Below, one piece after another: positions 62,845 through 64,000 of a stretch of DNA of 64,000 nt. Both the position numbers and the translations under genes were made by a program. This stretch comes from Raillietiella orientalis (taxonomy: Eukaryota). Under the pieces are notes generated by a model. That model was not told where the DNA came from, did no database searches, and saw nothing but the letters and a program-made list of their open reading frames with translations. Each line of letters opens with the position of its first letter. Position 1 is the first letter of the stretch. The stretch spans positions 682,001 to 746,000 of the forward strand of contig JAYWIR010000053.1 of assembly GCA_036172245.1 (NCBI GenBank). The letters run 5' to 3'.

Positions 62845-63690
62845 CTGACCACCATGGCTGAGGCATCCACGCACGGCACTAGGTGTCACGGGTTCGAATC
62901 CCGCTTGGGGAAGAATCAACCCCAAGAAATGGGTGGTGCGTCGTGGGTTTCGAGCCCCACCTGCAAGATGGCGCTGGTTGGACTCTGATGGCTTCCGGTG
63001 CGGCACTGGCGGAAGTTGACTGGACGGAATTGAAAGTTGACTCTCCGGGAGCCGCTTCCCTTCAAGGTTTCCCTCCGGCTGTGAAAACAATCATAATCCC
63101 TTCGGGGGGGGACCATCATTGCGTACCAAGGAGCTGGTTGAAGCTCTCCTTCTCCAAAGTGCAAGAAGAGAGCCGCTCTCTTCCAGGTTCTTTCCAGAGG
63201 AAGAAACCAGGAGCGGTTCCCTTGCGGATGCCTCCCGGCCAAGAAATCAAGAGCAGCCCCCTCCGAGGCTCCCTCTGGAGGGAACAAGGAAGAGGTTCCC
63301 TTCGGACCCAACCAGGCTGAGAATTCCCTCCGGAGACAACCAAGGAGGATTCCTTCCAGGACTCCCTTCGGATACAACCTGGACGAGGGTTCCCTCCGGT
63401 ACTCACTCCGGAGACAACCAAGGAGAGGATTTATTGGGGACTTCCTCTGGAGAGAATCAGAGCGAGGGTTCGTTCCGGAACTCTCTCCGGAGACAACCAG
63501 AAAGAGGGTTCTTTTTGGGGATCCCTTATTAAGCGTGAGAGGAGATGAATCCTTCCTCCTGAGCTTTCCTGGTGTTGTTCACATGGGAGCACCCCCTAGC
63601 TCTAAAGGAGTGCTCCCCCTTGGGTGGCGTGGACGGAGTCGAAGAGCTTCGCGAGTTCCTCCTAAGGAGGCAGACGCTTCTTCAGGACTT
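62845..63690 (+). mobile_element. SINE-like family A, longest copy
   Basis: Pol III B box GGTTCGAATCC at 62891-62901, shared core TGGCTTCSGGWGCGGCACTGG, internal subrepeat array CTCCGGAGACAACCA..GGTTCCCT, tail GGGTGGCGTGGAC..GAAGAGCTTCG shared with other copies. Confidence 0.7.
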
Positions 63691-64000
63691 CATGAAAGCC
63701 CCCTCCCTCCAAAAAGAAAGAATGTCCATTCGCACGGAAACCCGGAAGCCCAATTGCCAGTCCTGGTGGCGGAAAGAGGAACGCGAAGCCGAGACTGATA
63801 ATGGTTCGTTTCCATCGAAACGGATGCGCACAATCTATTAGCATTTGCGCTCCGCACTCATCTGCTGGAAAATCAAGTATGCAACTTTATTCGACCCCCA
63901 GTATTTTACGACTCCATTTGAAGATTGGGTTTTGGGAAAACGTCCAGGATCCGAATGTTATATTAATGCTGCATAGGGTTGGAGGCCCGAATTCTGGGGA

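Noticed and set aside
63130..63530. CRISPR-like repeat-spacer pattern
   Set aside because: Units are degenerate and contiguous without unique spacers, there are no cas genes, and the context is eukaryotic; it is the SINE subrepeat array.

Overview
Eukaryotic, GC-rich animal DNA, most likely arthropod given the insect-Robo-like protein. The main feature is a complete Roundabout (Robo) receptor gene on the minus strand. I rebuilt it by hand as 13 GT-AG, phase-compatible coding exons from ATG 58060 to TAG 15773 (3846 nt, 1281 aa): signal peptide, 5 Ig, 3 FN3, TM, and a tail with CC1 and CC2. The gene also carries a candidate in-frame 60-nt GC-AG intron, a candidate 33-nt juxtamembrane cassette exon and an 18-aa uORF. 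Introns and flanks hold a tRNA-headed SINE-like family (6 copies, internal variable subrepeat array), a 721-bp TTAA-flanked piggyBac-type non-autonomous element nested in one SINE copy, decayed L1/Tx1-like LINE fragments, small tandem duplications and simple repeats. Nearly all other ORFs in the track are spurious. I see no convincing wholly new biological system; the best leads are the Robo splicing and translation-control features and the nested transposon architecture. All family comparisons are from memory of consensus motifs, not database searches.
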